Notes under the pieces: model-generated | Seen by the model: only the letters and a program-made list of their open reading frames with translations | Database searches by the model: none | Told to the model about the DNA's origin: nothing | Program-made: the position numbers and the translations under genes | Shown here: in pieces, positions 40,583-53,713 of the stretch | Layout: the number at the start of each line of letters is the position of its first letter | Position numbering within the stretch: position 1 is the first letter of the stretch | DNA from: Eledone cirrhosa | Lineage: Eukaryota | Direction: 5' to 3' | NCBI GenBank assembly: GCA_964016885.1 | Contig: OZ024744.1 | Span: forward strand, 60,574,001 to 60,638,000 | DNA: 64,000 bases

Positions 40583-42630
40583 TCATCATCATCATTTAAC
40601 ATCTCTATCTTCCACGCTAGCATGGGTTTAGACAGGAATTGTCCCACGTGAGGCAAGATTGGTTGTCTTGCTCGTATAGGACTGTCTGGCGGATTTTCTA
40701 CAGCTGGATGCCTAACACCAACCACGTTTACAGTGTGGACTAGGTTTTTACCGTGTTACCTACAAGGCCACATTACAGCGTGGACTGTGTTTTTTTTTTT
40801 TGTCGTGATACCTACACGACCATTTATTTAGGACCGGATGTTGTGACACCAACATAACTTTACAGAGAAAGGGGTGGGGCTAGTGGGATAGGGGTGTATT
40901 TTTGGTTAGGGGGTGCTTACTGACTGTAGGTTTCATTTTGTACTTAGGCAAGGCGGGTCTTCTGTATTACTACGTAGCGCCAAAGATCTCGGTCCAGTGA
41001 CATTGTCTTGGAGAGGCGTAAGTGTTTAAGGTCGGAATTTATCAAGTCGTCCCAGGTTTCTCTGGGTCTGCCTACTCCATAGCTTTCATCTATTTTGATC
41101 GCCCTGCACTTTTTTATACAGCTGTCGTCTTTCATGTGCATCACATGACCATACCAACGTAGTCTTCTCTCGAGTAAACAGCATCTGATCCCTCTTATTC
41201 CTAATTTCTCACTTAGTTCATTTATGCTTTGCCGTTCACGTATATTACTATTACACATCCAACGGAGCATGCAAGCTTCGTTCCTCTCCAGTCTGTGTAT
41301 ATCCTCTGCACACAATGCCCAGGTCTCACTGCCATGTAACATTGCTGTTCGTATGCAGGCATCATACAGCCTGCCTTTCATTTTTAGAGAGAACCCTTTA
41401 GTGGCTAATAGTGGTATAAGCTCTCTGAACTTTTTCCATCCCGTTCTGATTCTAGCTACTGTACTTTCAGAGCATCCTCCCCCACTGCTGATTTTGTCAC
41501 CCAGGTAACGGAAGGTGTCCACTATTTCTATAGAACCATCTGTGCAATGGAATGAGCTAGTATTCTGTGGGCACTTGCTACTACTTATTGCACCTGTCTG
41601 TGCACCGGCCACATATAAAATCTATGTTATTAGTTAGTTTACCTGTGATCCCACTACATCTTTTATGCACCCATACTTTGCATTTGGGACACAAGATGGA
41701 GTTTTTGCCTACTCTTTTCCTACACACTGAGCATGGCCATTTACCAGAGGGGACCAGTGCCCTATTTCCTTTCCTACATACTAGAACTTTAGTCTTATAA
41801 AAGTTAATTTTAAGGCCTTTTGATTCTAGGCCATGCTTCCAAGTTTGGAATTTCTCCTCTAGTTCAGCCATTGATTCAGCTATGAGGGTTAGATCATCTT
41901 CGTATAGAAGTTCCCATGGGCAGCCAGTCTTGAATTCCTCTGTTATAGCCTGAAGGGCAATAATAAATAGGAGGGGGCTAAGGACAGAGCCCCGATGAAC
42001 ACTGACTTTTACGCTAAATTCTTCACTATATTTGTTATTAATTCTAACCTTGCTGACCGTTTCTTTATACATAGCTTGTATAGCTCTCACAAGCCATTCA
42101 TCTACACCTAGTTTTCTAAGAGATAATGGAGCGGGGGACTGTCAAAAGCTTTCTCCAAGGCAACAAAAGCTAAGTATAGGCGTTTACTTTTAGCTAGGTA
42201 CTTCGGTAGTTATCGTACAAGGAAAAGAGCATCTGTGGTACTTTTACCCGACACAACCCCAAACTGCATTTCATGTAAATCAATTCGCTCTCTGATTAGT
42301 TGCGCTATTACTTTTCTGGTCAATTAATTTAATGCCTCTATAGTTTCCCCTATCTAGAGCATCTCCTTTACCCTTGTAGCAGTTAATGATGATGCTGCTA
42401 CGCCAGTCTTTTGGTATGACCCCCATTCTGGATGACTTGGTTTACAATCCAGGAGACCATAGTGTGTCCCACCGATCCAGATGCTTTCAGCATTCCAACA
42501 ACTATCTCTGAAGGCGCAGCTGCTTTGCCTATCTTCATATCTTTGATTGCCTTACTTATTATACTACCTTTAACTTGCACTGCTGGTCCTTCTATTGGAT
42601 CGATTTGGGGCAGACTAACTTTTTCCCACT
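40583..42630 (-). mobile_element. Relatively young 5'-truncated RTE LINE (RT plus C-terminus plus 3' extension)
   Basis: ORFs 41581-42090 (SVLSPLLF, ELLYEDDL) and 40944-41612. (CAT)n tail on + at 40583-40593; (TA)n at both flanks. Confidence 0.92.
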
Positions 42631-42631
42631 T

Positions 42632-42694
<63 letters not shown>

Positions 42695-43079
42695 TGATTG
42701 AGAGAGAGAGAGAGAACTAATATTTTTTGCACTTCTACATCATGGAGAATCAAAGTGTACTGATGTGACGGCTGTGGCAACTAGCATACATACACCCATA
42801 CATAGTAGAAAAGCCAGTTACCCAAGGTGTCACAATGGGACTGAACACGTCAACCATATGGTTCAAATTAAACTTCATCATACAGCCATGCCTGTGCATA
42901 TAAACACACACATTCTTTTATAAAGTGAAACTATTAAGACTCGTTCTTCGGGTGACTTCCTTTTCACTTGAACTATATATATATAGTTGTGTGTATGTGA
43001 TTTGTAAACTGTATTAAAAATTCTATGTATCAGCCATTACGGTTCTCACTTCCCACCCACCCCACCTCCACCACATTCG

Positions 43080-46000
43080 GTATACATGCCCGACGCTGTA
43101 TGCTAACCACTCCCTTGTGAATATATCATAGAACAGACAAGGGGCAGACGGCGGTTCCGTAAGCTGTAATGTAGGCAACTCGTCTAGGAGAGCTACCACT
43201 CCGAATAAATTGGTTCGGAGTGGAGAAGTCCCTTAAGTCCAGCAAGACAACTTCCCTAGTGCTGGTGACACGAATAAAAACACCCAGTCCATGCTGTAAA
43301 ATGGAGGGGTGGATAGGGCTCCTGAGTCCAGTAAGACAACCTCTTTAGTGCTGGTGGCACGAATAAAAGCACCCAGTCCATGCTGTAAAGTGGTGCTAGT
43401 GTTAGGAAGGGCATCCAACCAGTATGTATACTACTGCCAAAATCTATGAGTGGAACGAATGAAATTTGCAACAACTGTGTAAACAGCAATAACACTAACC
43501 ATGTTAGGGCTGGGCATGGTAGTGGGGTGGCTGGTGCGGCCATGTGCGAGAACACCGACGATCATCAAGCAATTGCACAAAAACTGCGTAAACAGCAATA
43601 ACACTAACCATGTTAAGGCTGCGCACGGTAGTGGGGTGGCTAGTGAGGCCATGTGTGAGAATCCCATGACTGTCATCAGGCAATTGCACAACAGGAAAAG
43701 AACGAGACGTCGCACCTCAGAGTTGCCACACAATGTTGGCACTCTCACAGGTAGATCTGGTGAGATAGTGGTGATGCTGGAGAGAAGGTATGTGGATGTG
43801 TGCAAGAGGCGAGATGGAGAGGTGCCTCTGCAAGACTAATCGCAGGCAAACATTGTAGTTATAAGCTTTTCTGGATGGGTAATGATGGGTTAGGTGGGGT
43901 GGGCATATTACTGGCTGAGAGATGGATCAATAAGACAATAGAGGTAGTTAGAGTTAGTAATAGAATAATTAAGCTTAGGTTAGTTGTAGGCAAGATAGTA
44001 TTGACAATCATCTCTGCCTATGTTCCCCAGGCAGGCCTAGGTAAAGAAGAGAAAGACTGCTTTTACAAACAGACTCAATGACAGAGGACAGAGACATCGT
44101 TATGCTGGTAGGGGACTTCAATGGACATGTTGGACAGCTCCAGGATGGATATACTGGGGTACATGGTGAGCACGGTTACGGTTCAAGAAATGAAGAAGGA
44201 GTGAGGCTTCTTGAATTTTGTGATGCAAATGCACTAACCATTTGCAACACTAACTTCAAGAAGCCTACCAACCACCTAATAACCTACAAATCAGGCGAGC
44301 ACATGAGCCAGATTGACTTCCTGCTAGTTAGACAGCGAGACAGACAAATGGTGTCAAATACTAAGGCATACCCCGGGGAAGAATGTACCCCACAGCATAG
44401 GTTAGTCATTAGTGGCATCTCAGTAAGCAAGAGAAAGAATGAGACATACAGAAAGGTCTGGAAGCTAAAAGACCTTTCATTAAAATATAAATTTAGCAAA
44501 GCCCTTCAAGATGTGTATGTCGAAAAAGAAGACGATTTAGAGTTGTATGACATAGATGATAACTGGAATTTCTTGCGTGACAACTTACTGCAGGCTACTG
44601 AAGAAACTTGTGGTTGGGGCAGAGCTTCAACCAGACAGAGTGACCTGGTGGTGGAACAGCACAGTAGATAAGGCCATTAGAGACAGAAGACTGGCCTGGA
44701 AGACTTGGAAAAATGGTCGGAGTAGAGAAGGATACACAGCCAGTAAGAGAGAAGCTACATGTCAGGTGTACTTAGCACGCAGGGAGGCTGAGAGTAGGAG
44801 GTTTGCCAATGTTCTGCGACGGGAAGATCAGAGGCGGGCGGTGTTCCACATTGCAAGGCAGTGTGTCAATGCAAATCAGGATGTTGTTGGAGATAAGTGT
44901 GTCCGGAATGATGCCGGTGTACTTAGTGTCACGAATGATCAGAAAAAGGAGGCCTGGAAATGTCACTATGAGAGCCTGATGAATGTGGAGAACGAATGGG
45001 AGAGAGAAATTACCCCCAGTAGACGCAACAGAGGGACCAGCTATTGAGATTGATGAATATAGGGTACAAGAGGCAATTAAGGGAATGAAGAATGGTATGG
45101 CTGCTGGACTGTCAGGGATAGTTGCTGAGATGCTGAAGGCATCAGGAGAAGTAGGCACTAAACTAGTTCCACGCATCATTAATCAAGCTATATATGGTGG
45201 TGTCATACCCAAAGACTGGTGCAGCAGTATTCTCATAAATTGCTACAAAGGTAAAGGGGATTCTCTAGAGAGGAGCAATTATAGGGGCATAAAGCTGATG
45301 GATCAGGTTATGAAAGTGGCAGAGAGAATATTAGCACAACTGATTAGAGAAAGGGTCAAGATGCAGTTTGGTTTTGTGCCTCAGAAAAGTACAACAGATG
45401 CCCTCTTCTTAGTGAGGCAACTACAAGCGAGGTTCTTAGAGAAAAATAAGCCACTATACTTAGCTTTTGTTGACCTAGAGAAGGCCTTTGATAGGGTACC
45501 CCGATCTGTCATCTGGTGGTCCCTAAGGAAACTAGGTGTAGAGGAATGGCTTGTGAGAACAGTGCAAGCTATGTACAGGGGTGCTGTCAATAAAGTGAGA
45601 ATAGGAATGGAGTTTAGTGAGGAATTCCAGATACAAATAGGTGTACATCAGGGTTCAGTCCTCAGCCCGCTCTTGTTCATTATAGTCCTCCAAGCCATAA
45701 CAGAGCAGTTTAAGACTGGCTGTCCATGGGAACTTCTCTATGCTGACGATCTGGTTCTTATAGCAGAATCAGTAGAGGAGCTAGAGAATAAATTCTGGCT
45801 ATGGAAACAGCAGTTGGAAGCAAGAGAACTGAGAGTGCTAAGACAAAAGTATTGATAAGTAGAAGAGAGGATAATACTCTGATTCCATCAGGGAAATGGG
45901 ATAGCAGGCAAACTAACAGATAGGGAAAACTACGTATGCAGTAGATGTACAGGGAAAGTTGGCAGTAGTAATCGCAATATAGACACATTTTTCCAATGCA

Positions 46001-46620
46001 GGTGGGTTCTTTAGAAGTGGTTGATAGCTTCCGGTGCCGAGGTGATCAGATTAGCATGGAAGAGGGGGTGTACCGAGGCCATAGTATCTAGAATAAGGAT
46101 GGGTTGGAAGAAGTTGAGGGAGCTGCTTCTTCTGTTGACAAAGAAGTGTTTCTCCTTGCGTACGAAAGGACGGTTATATAATGCCTGTGTGAGATGCATG
46201 ATGCTGCATGGTAGTGAGAAATGGGCAGCAACTTCAGAAGATATGCGACGGCTGGAGAGAAATGAAGCAAGCATGCTCCGTTGGGTGGGCAATGTCAATG
46301 TGCGTGAACGACCAAGGATGGACGAGTTGAAAAAGAAACTGGGTATAAGAGGGATAAGTTGTGGTGTGCAGGAGAGAAGGCTGAGATGGTATGGATATGG
46401 AGGATGACCGCTAGGTAAAGAAGTGCCAAGAAATTCCAGTAGAAGGAAGACGCAGTAGAGGTAGACCACGAAAAACATGGGCTGAGGTGGTGAGAGCAGG
46501 CCTCAGATCGCTGAAACTCACCGAAGAGATGACAAAGGACCGTAACAAGTGGAGAGATGCTGTGCTGAATAGGACCCGTCCAACCCTTGCAAGCAAGGAA
46601 AAGCAGGCATAAAATGATGA
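43080..46620 (+). mobile_element. Essentially full-length, frameshifted RTE LINE (5' UTR, APE, RT, 3' tail)
   Basis: NVGTLTGR, QEARWRG, ISAYVPQ, GDFNGHVG, QIDFLL and QHRLV (APE). NYRGIKL, QFGFVP, AFVDLEKAFDRVP, GVHQGSVLSPLLF and YADDLVL (RT). Tail ccaacccttgcaagcaaggaaaagcaggcataaaatgatga. Confidence 0.93.
43455..43692 (+). repeat. ~111-bp tandem duplication in the RTE 5' region
   Basis: aactgtgtaaacagcaataacactaaccatgttagggct...atcatcaagcaattgcaca occurs twice. Confidence 0.8.
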
Positions 46621-46656
46621 TATATATATATACATACTTATATAGGAACGAGTAGG

Positions 46657-46752
46657 ACCCTGACGGCTGAGCTCAAGCCGTTTCGACGGCTAATTCTGGA
46701 CTAAATGAAAATTTTTATCCTGGTAAATGAATAGCCGAGCTTCTCAGGAGGT
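46657..46752 (-). ncRNA. Inverted copy of the variant hammerhead-like motif
   Basis: Minus strand reads acctc CTGAGAA gctcggcta...tagccgtc GAAA cggcttgagctcagccg TC agggt. Stem I is weaker than in the + copy. Confidence 0.55.
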
Positions 46753-47667
46753 AATATGCCATATATGGTAAAAGTAATTGTCACAAGGATTGGTCAAAAG
46801 TTTGTTGTTGAGACACATAATTCTATCATGGCATTTTGTGGAAGGAAGGGGTAGCTGAACTTGCCAGTAAAAGAAAGAGGGAGAGGGAGTGGAGGAAACC
46901 CAGTCGTGCGTTGAAAGTGACAACTACAGCAGAATCCTAAGGATAAGGGGTCAAGAGGGGGAGGAAGTCGAAACAATAAGTAGATGTATATGGAGTAAAT
47001 CTATATAGAAAAATAAGAATGTTAAAAATATAAAAACACAATTTCTGGTTACTATTCCCCTACCACAATCATCAAATCTCTCACTGGTACTGCCAAACTA
47101 TAGAAAAGTTTAATAGGTGGGGCGGGATACTAAATACGAGATTGTAGTGAAAGAATATTATGAGTTAGTAGTACTCGGCCTAATCTATCTTACAATGACA
47201 GGTCAACATATAGGGGGCCAAAATACAAAAAAAAAAAAAACCTAATACGACATAATAATTCAGAGTCCCGAAACTAATACAAAATATTAATTCAGAATCC
47301 CGAAAATGAATACTAATACGATATATAAGAGTACCGCTACGATGCATAAATTTTAATGCAAACTACATAAATGCTCGTACGATATATAAGAAACAATTAA
47401 TACAAAAAATTGATTCAGAATTCCCCTATTTCTAGCACATCTGCTATAAAAGGCAGAGTCGGCCAATTCTATCATAGAATTGGGGGTGGGGTTACTGAGG
47501 TTACAGAGGACCGAAGGGCTGCCTCGGGGTGGGTGAGAAGGTGAAAAGAACGACGACAAAGAAGGGGAACTGGGGTGGAAGGACTAGGAAGGGATGGGGG
47601 GAAGGAGGAAATATAGAGGAAACGATAAAAAATATATAAGAAAATCTTACGTCTACCTTTGTAAGCA

Positions 47668-47862
47668 GGGGTTGCCCGTTACAAAGTCGGCAAGTGGGGT
47701 GTTACAGCCTTTGCCTAACCCCCCCCCCCCCCCCCCCCGGTCATTATGGGGTTTGTAAATTACAAATGCTGTTTTCGACGGACCAACTCCTAAACAAGAA
47801 AGACGAACTGGTAACTGCATGCAAACACAGATTGCGTAGGACTTACCTCGCCCTCAAACCCC
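47668..47862 (+). pseudogene. Remnant of the C-terminus of a Penelope-like RT/GIY-YIG ORF
   Basis: VARYKVGKWGCYSLCLT-(poly-C)-...FSTDQLLNKKDELVTACKHRLRRTY. Motif recognised from memory, not aligned. Confidence 0.65.
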
Positions 47863-48022
47863 ATTCTGAATTAATTTTTTGTATTAATTGTTTCTTATAT
47901 ATCATACGAGCATTTATGTAATTTGCATTAAAATTTATGCATTGTAGCGGTACTCTTATATATCGTATTAGTATTCATTTTCGGGATTCTGAATTAATAT
48001 TTTGTATTAGTTTCGGGACTCT

Positions 48023-48322
48023 CATTTCATTTTACGTCCGCTTTTTCCCTGCTTGCAAGGGTGGGACGGAAACTGATGCTGCCTTGATTTCTACAGCTGG
48101 ATGCCCTTCCTAACACCAACCTCATTTACAGTGAGTGCTAGGTGCTTTTTTTGCAGTGGGATGATATGGACCCCAGTCATCTCATTTCTACAGCTGAGTA
48201 AACTGGAGCAATGTGAAATAAAGTGTCTTGCTCAAGGAAACAACACATCACCCGGTCTGAGAATTGAACTCACAGCCTTTTGATTGCAAGGCCAATGCTC
48301 TAACCACTAAGCCATGTGCCTC
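48023..48322 (-). mobile_element. tRNA-derived SINE with RTE-type tail inserted in the right arm of the Penelope-like element
   Basis: A box TGGCTTAGTGG, B box GAGTTCAATTC, central ttccttgagcaagacacttt, then gttaggaagggcatccagctgtagaaa and an RTE tail. It is absent from the left arm, and ctct is duplicated at the ends. Confidence 0.85.
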
Positions 48323-48829
48323 TGAATTATTATGTCGTATTAGGTTTTTTTTTTAGTATTTTGGCCCCCTACTTGTTGACCTGTCATTTGTAAGATAGAT
48401 TAGGCCGAGTACTACTAACTCATAATATTCTTTCACTACAATCTCGTATTTAGTATCCCGCCCCACCTATTAAACTTTTCTATAGTTTGGCAGTACCAGT
48501 GAGAGATTTGATGATTGTGGTAGGGGAATAGTAACCAGAAATTGTGTTTTTATATTTTTAACATTCTTATTTTTCTATATAGATTTACTCCATATACATC
48601 TACTTATTGTTTCGACTTCCTCCCCCTCTTGACCCCTTATCCTTAGGATTCTGCTGTAGTTGTCACTTTCATCGCACGACTGGGTTTCCTCCACTCCCTC
48701 TCCCTCTTTCTTCTACTGGCAAGTTCAGCTACCCCTTCCTTCCACAAAATGCCATGATATAATTATGACTCAACAACAAACTTTTGACCAATCCTTGTGA
48801 CAATCACTTTTACCATATATGGCATATTA

Positions 48830-48923
48830 CCCCCTGAGAAGCTCGGCTATTCATTTACCAGGATAAAAATTTTCATTTAGTCCAGAATTAGCCGTCGAAA
48901 CGGCTTGAGCTCAGCCGTCGGGG
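48830..48923 (+). ncRNA. Type I hammerhead-like motif with variant core (CTGAGAA)
   Basis: Stem I cccc/gggg; core CTGAGAA; stem II cggcta/tagccg with a long loop; GAAA; 6-bp stem III acggct/agccgt; GUC triplet ending at 48919. Position 8 is A rather than G. Confidence 0.65.
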
Positions 48924-49019
48924 CCCTACTCGTTCCTATTACCCACTCTACTACCCTAAGTATTGAGTACTTTGGTGCATTAAGGTCCACCTGGTTCCTT
49001 ACCACATTTCCTTCGTATA

Positions 49020-50078
49020 TATAGTAATAATAAAAATTTTAAGACTAAAATCCAAAGAGGGCTTGATAAGGATAAATATATATCAAATATATAAGCGTAG
49101 AGCAAATATTTATTCTGTTATTTTAATAAATATATATATATAAGCACAAATCGATTGACATATATATATAAAATAAACATATGAAACAATCACAGGGGAT
49201 AATTTGTAAAGAGTGTAAGCACAGATAGCTAGGTAGGTAACTAATTAAAGTTTAACTAGAACTTCAAATATAGATACCTTTCAATAATGATTCATCTCCT
49301 TTGTATATATTCCATTAAATAAAGAAATATATTTCACCTTCAATCGGTAAATCACAGTAGTCAAATCCCGGATTTTCAGCAAAGGAGAATATTTAACTAT
49401 CTGTGTTTACACACCAAATGCAAATCTGTGAATGATTTATTTTTAAAAATACACACATCGTACCAACGTCATCCCAGTTGCGTGAATAGGATTATCGACA
49501 GTTAGAAATAGCAGCAAAGTCCTTTCAACTGAGTAAGTTCGACAATTATAGAGCCATATATATATAACCAAAATTAAATTAAAGATGTTATGTCTGAGAA
49601 ACATGTGCCATAACCTCTGTAGAATATGCTCAAAGATTCTAATGGATAGATCTGAGCATTTATATGGGATGATGATACGATGTGTATTTTTTTTTTAAAA
49701 TATGTAATATATACTAAAGAGATTAATCATTATTAAAATGAAGTTTTCGTTAAACTTTATTTAGTTACCTACGCAGTTATGTGTGCTTACACTCTTTACA
49801 AATTATCCCCCGTGATTGTTTCATGTTTAATTTATATATGTCAATCGATTTATGCTTATAAATACTCGGATCTATCCATTAGATTCTTTGAGCATATTCT
49901 ACAGAGGTTATGGTGCATGTTTCTCAGACATGACATCCTTAATTTAATTTTGGTTTTTTTTATATATATATATATATATATAGAAATAATAATAAAATTG
50001 AAGACTAAAATCCAAAGAGGGCTCGATAAGGAAAATATATATCAAATATATAAGAACCGTAGAGCAAATATTTATTAA
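49020..50078. repeat. Nested inverted/direct repeat complex of unknown family
   Basis: Direct ~95 bp pair 49022-49114 / 49980-50076. Inverted pairs ~49140-49265 / 49738-49858, 49566-49664 / 49858-49955 and ~49445-49475 / 49666-49700. Separated by short (TA)n. Confidence 0.7.
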
Positions 50079-50315
50079 AATGTTGGTTTGGACATGAGAT
50101 GTGGATGGACAATGATCGTTGGGTGAAGTGCCAAGAAATGCCAATGGAAAGAAGTCGCAGTAGAGGTAAACCAAGAAAAACCTGGGAAGAGGATGTGAGA
50201 GCTGATCTCAAATCACTGAGACAATGACAAAGGATGGCAATGTGTGGAGAGATGTTGTGCTGAGAAGGACACATCGAACCCATGCAAGTGTGGAAAAGCA
50301 GACATAAAAACAATT
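50078..50315 (+). mobile_element. Short RTE 3'-end fragment
   Basis: WFGHEMWMD...KCQEMPMERSRSRGKPRKTW followed by the family tail. Confidence 0.75.
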
Positions 50316-50935
50316 ATAATAATTGTTTCTACTTTTGGCACAAGGCCAGCAATTACCCAGTACATTACTGGTACTTTATTTTATCGACCCCGTAAGGATG
50401 AAAGGCAAAGTTACCCTCAGACCATAAAGGGCCGTAACTCTTTGCTAAAAAGCATGGCGTCAGACTCTCTACCGATAATAATGATGATATATATGTATAT
50501 ATATATATCATCATCATCATCATCACCGTTTTACGTCCGTTCTTCCACGCTAGCATGGGTTAGACGGGTTGTCCTGTTGTGGGCAGTGTCTGGTCGGCTG
50601 ACCATGTCTTGCTCATACGGGAACTGATTCTGGCTTGATTCCTACAGCTGGATGCCCTTCCTAACACCAACCTTCTTTACTGTGAGTGCTGGGTGCTTTT
50701 TTCCCGTGGCGCCTACACGTCCACTTTACAGTGTGGGCTGGGTATTTTTTTGCCGTGGCACCTCCACGACCACTTTGCAGTGGGAGGAATGAAAAATAAA
50801 AGATAAATGATATGTGTGTAACACACATGCTCACATCACAAAGTGTAAAATTACACATATTTATATACAAATATACTTCTGTAAGTTATTTTATTCAAAA
50901 TAACAAAAGCTAGGTTCAAAGGAAAAAAAGCTTAC

Positions 50936-51044
50936 CTTATTTGCATTGGGCTCATTTTGTTACTCCTGCGGATAGGAGGGTATGGTGGAGATATATTTGT
51001 AGAAAAATTATTACTAGATGCACTTGAAGTATTTGATATAGATC
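50936..51044 (-). CDS. mei-P26: TRIM-NHL protein: short exon leading into the NHL domain
   Basis: aaag acceptor after a pyrimidine-rich tract and gtaag donor, 109 nt, phase 1/2. Encodes GSISNTSSASSNNFSTNISPPYPPIRRSNKMSPMQIR; MQIR-CKFG is the mei-P26 NHL entry motif. This frame is missing from the ORF track. Confidence 0.88.
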
Positions 51045-53398
51045 CTTTAATAAAAAAGAAAAGAAAAAGAAAAAAAGGATTAATATAAACAATAGTATCT
51101 CAAAGACATTTTGCACAAGTTTCTTTAAAATCAATGAAATTTTGTATTGAAAATTTGATACCACACTGCCTGAAAGCTGTTTATTTTTATGTGTTTATAT
51201 TTATCTCAAGAGCTTCCATCTTCATTATGTTTGAACACCTAGTTGATAAGTTATATTACTAAATCCCTTCAAATACTTATCAAAATTAATTGAAAATCAT
51301 AGTTTCTCATTAGAAATTATGTAAGAAAGATGTGACAAATAAAATATATTTTGTTTAACCCATTTCAGTGTATAAGACTCTTATTTAAGCCCAAAACTTG
51401 ACCTCAAAATCTGCTTGTGCCTTTGAAGTTATGAATATAAAATTTATCAGCCAATAGCATAATAATATACATATATGAAATGTCCATGGTTTGCAACTTA
51501 ATGTCTCTATGCAGTTTTCTCAGTTTTCCAAGAAGTTACAATCCTGAAGGACAGCCCTCTCACTTTAGGCTCAAGCATAGAGGGTCCTCTGCTGGGATGC
51601 CTATTATTAATATGTATACTTTACATAAGCCATGTAAAATATAACAGTATATTTAACCCTTTCCTGGACGTATTTTAAATAAATACATTATTTCAATTAT
51701 TTTACGAAGAATTTTGAGGAATTTTATTAATATTAATTATTTTGTTACTAAGATAGTAACATATGATTATTGTACATAATAATATATGAAGATGAACCTT
51801 TTTAAAAAAAAGTGGTTTTGTTTCATAGAACCAAAGCCAGTTTTGGCTAGGTTGGTATCAAAAAAGTTAAGGCATTTATAGTTAACTTTAATACCTCTTC
51901 CATTTATTGAACAGAGACAATGAGATTGGCCCACACAACCCTCTCAATTTTTACTTTATGGAGATCGAATTCTTTGATTTATCAGTTGTATCTTTTTTCC
52001 ATACTGCCATGGGTGAGAAACAACACTGAGGCATAATTTTAGTTGGATGCCTTTTCTGATGCCAGCACTCAATTGTTTGTTTTTTTTGTTTCAATAATCT
52101 TTTCACATCTAACCACTGACAGCATGATCAATATCTATAAAGTATGTAAACAAATATCACCATATTCAATATCAAATGCAATGACACACACACACGTTCA
52201 TGTTAAGAGATTCTTTAGTTTCCATCTACCAAAGGCATTGGTCACCCAAGGTTATTGAGGATGTCATTTGCCTAAGGTGCCACATAGAACATAACCCAGA
52301 AACCACGCAGTTGCTAAACGAACCTAACATCACGTCATGCTTTCACCATATAATCCTTTCTATCTGACATATCTAATCTGAAATGAAATTATCATACATT
52401 GTTTGGTCTAAAGAGTCCCAACCAATGGAAATTATATTAAAAAATGAAATCTGTGCTAAACTAAACAAATAGAAAAATTAAATCGGAGGAACTATCAGTC
52501 ATTCCCCCATCCAACTAACAGCCTTAATTTAACTTTCAACTTCTAGCAATTATCCATTGGTCTACCTTTATAAGAAAAGAACTTTATCAATCAAATCATG
52601 AACCTGTTTGCTTACTTAAGAAATTGTCTTAATAGATATTAACATCACTTTTAAACTAATGAAATATACCTGCATCTACCTCCTTAGTCCTGATGCTATG
52701 ATAAATGTTCCTCAGTGCACTGTGTAGTGTTAAAATGATATGAAGGGTATTCAGTCATATAAACTATGCCAAACAAAAAACTAAGGCCCTGACAACTCTC
52801 TCTTATGCTGAAGTCACAATAAAATGCAACCAGTATACTCTGTAAAGTGGTCGGTGATAGAAAGGGGATTCAGCCATAGAAACAAAGCCAAAATCGAATT
52901 GTATGCAATCAAGTTGTGGACCCCAATCCATCACAATTAAAAACTGACAAGGTCAGTAATAACCTATCCAACCCAGCCAGCATGGAAAAATGGATGTATG
53001 GTAATGATGATGAAATATGTCTTAAGAATATTTTGAACTCTAATGGGAGCTGTTATAAAATGATACAAACCTGGTTTTTAGGTTTTGGTCGTGGTTAAGG
53101 ACTTAGCTTCACAACCATGCAGTTTTGTGTTTAGTTCTTGTATGACTCCTTAGACAAGTAACTTCTATAGCCTTGGGTTAACAAGTAATTTGTGAATGAA
53201 ATTTGATAAACAATCTATGGAAGCCCATCATATGTCCACAATGTTCATTTACCACTAATTTCGATAGAATACATATCAGAAGATCAACTAAAACCCTAAA
53301 AAATAATGCATCCGGCATGGCCTCAGTCAGATGACTGAAACCAGATTTAAATAAAAAGAAAAAAAAAAAAGAAAATGAACAAAAAGTTAGCTACAAAC

Positions 53399-53713
53399 CT
53401 GATGTGGAGGTTGAATTTATATTGGTGAGTGAATTCATTATCCCCATGTTACCAAGTCCACTTAAACTTCCTAAATTTCCCAGGTTGTTGATCATGTTTG
53501 GTGATGGTGTCTGATTAAAAAACCCTGCTAGTGTATCTATATTTGTTAAATTCGTGCTTGGAAGAGGTGAAGTTGTAGCAGTTGGACTAAGTATATTGGC
53601 AAGAGTGGAATCAGTCTGAGAAACTGGAGTTTCAGTCCTACTTCCAGGAGTAGTTAGTCCATTCACAGTTAAGTTTAATCCAGGAACAATGTGTTCATTC
53701 AAAGAGAGTTGTC
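53399..53713 (-). CDS. mei-P26: TRIM-NHL protein: Asn/Thr/Ser-rich linker exon
   Basis: tttctag acceptor and gtttgt donor, 315 nt, phase 1/1. Encodes GQLSLNEHIVPGLNLTVNGLTTPGSRTETP...TNINSTSTS. Confidence 0.85.

Larger units (their letters stand above)
46642..49016 (+). mobile_element. 5'-truncated Penelope-like retroelement with inverted pseudo-LTRs (arms 46642-47421 / 47863-48939)
   Basis: ~780 bp inverted arms, with the right arm interrupted by a SINE. The spacer encodes CYSLCLT...LLNKKDELVTACKHR, resembling the CxLCLxEK...LLNKRxEL...CRH C-terminus of Penelope ORFs. Hammerhead-like motif in each arm, tail at 48940-49016, (TA)n flanks. Confidence 0.8.

Noticed and set aside
43080-43235. 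Possible HDV-like ribozyme at the RTE 5' end (cac-tccctt-gtg as P3/L3; hairpin ccactccgaa/ttcggagtgg)
   Set aside because: RTE elements can carry these, but I could not build convincing P1/P1.1/P2 pairings by eye. An RNArobo or Infernal search is needed.
48245-48322. tRNA gene
   Set aside because: A and B boxes are present but there is no complete cloverleaf; it is the head of a SINE.
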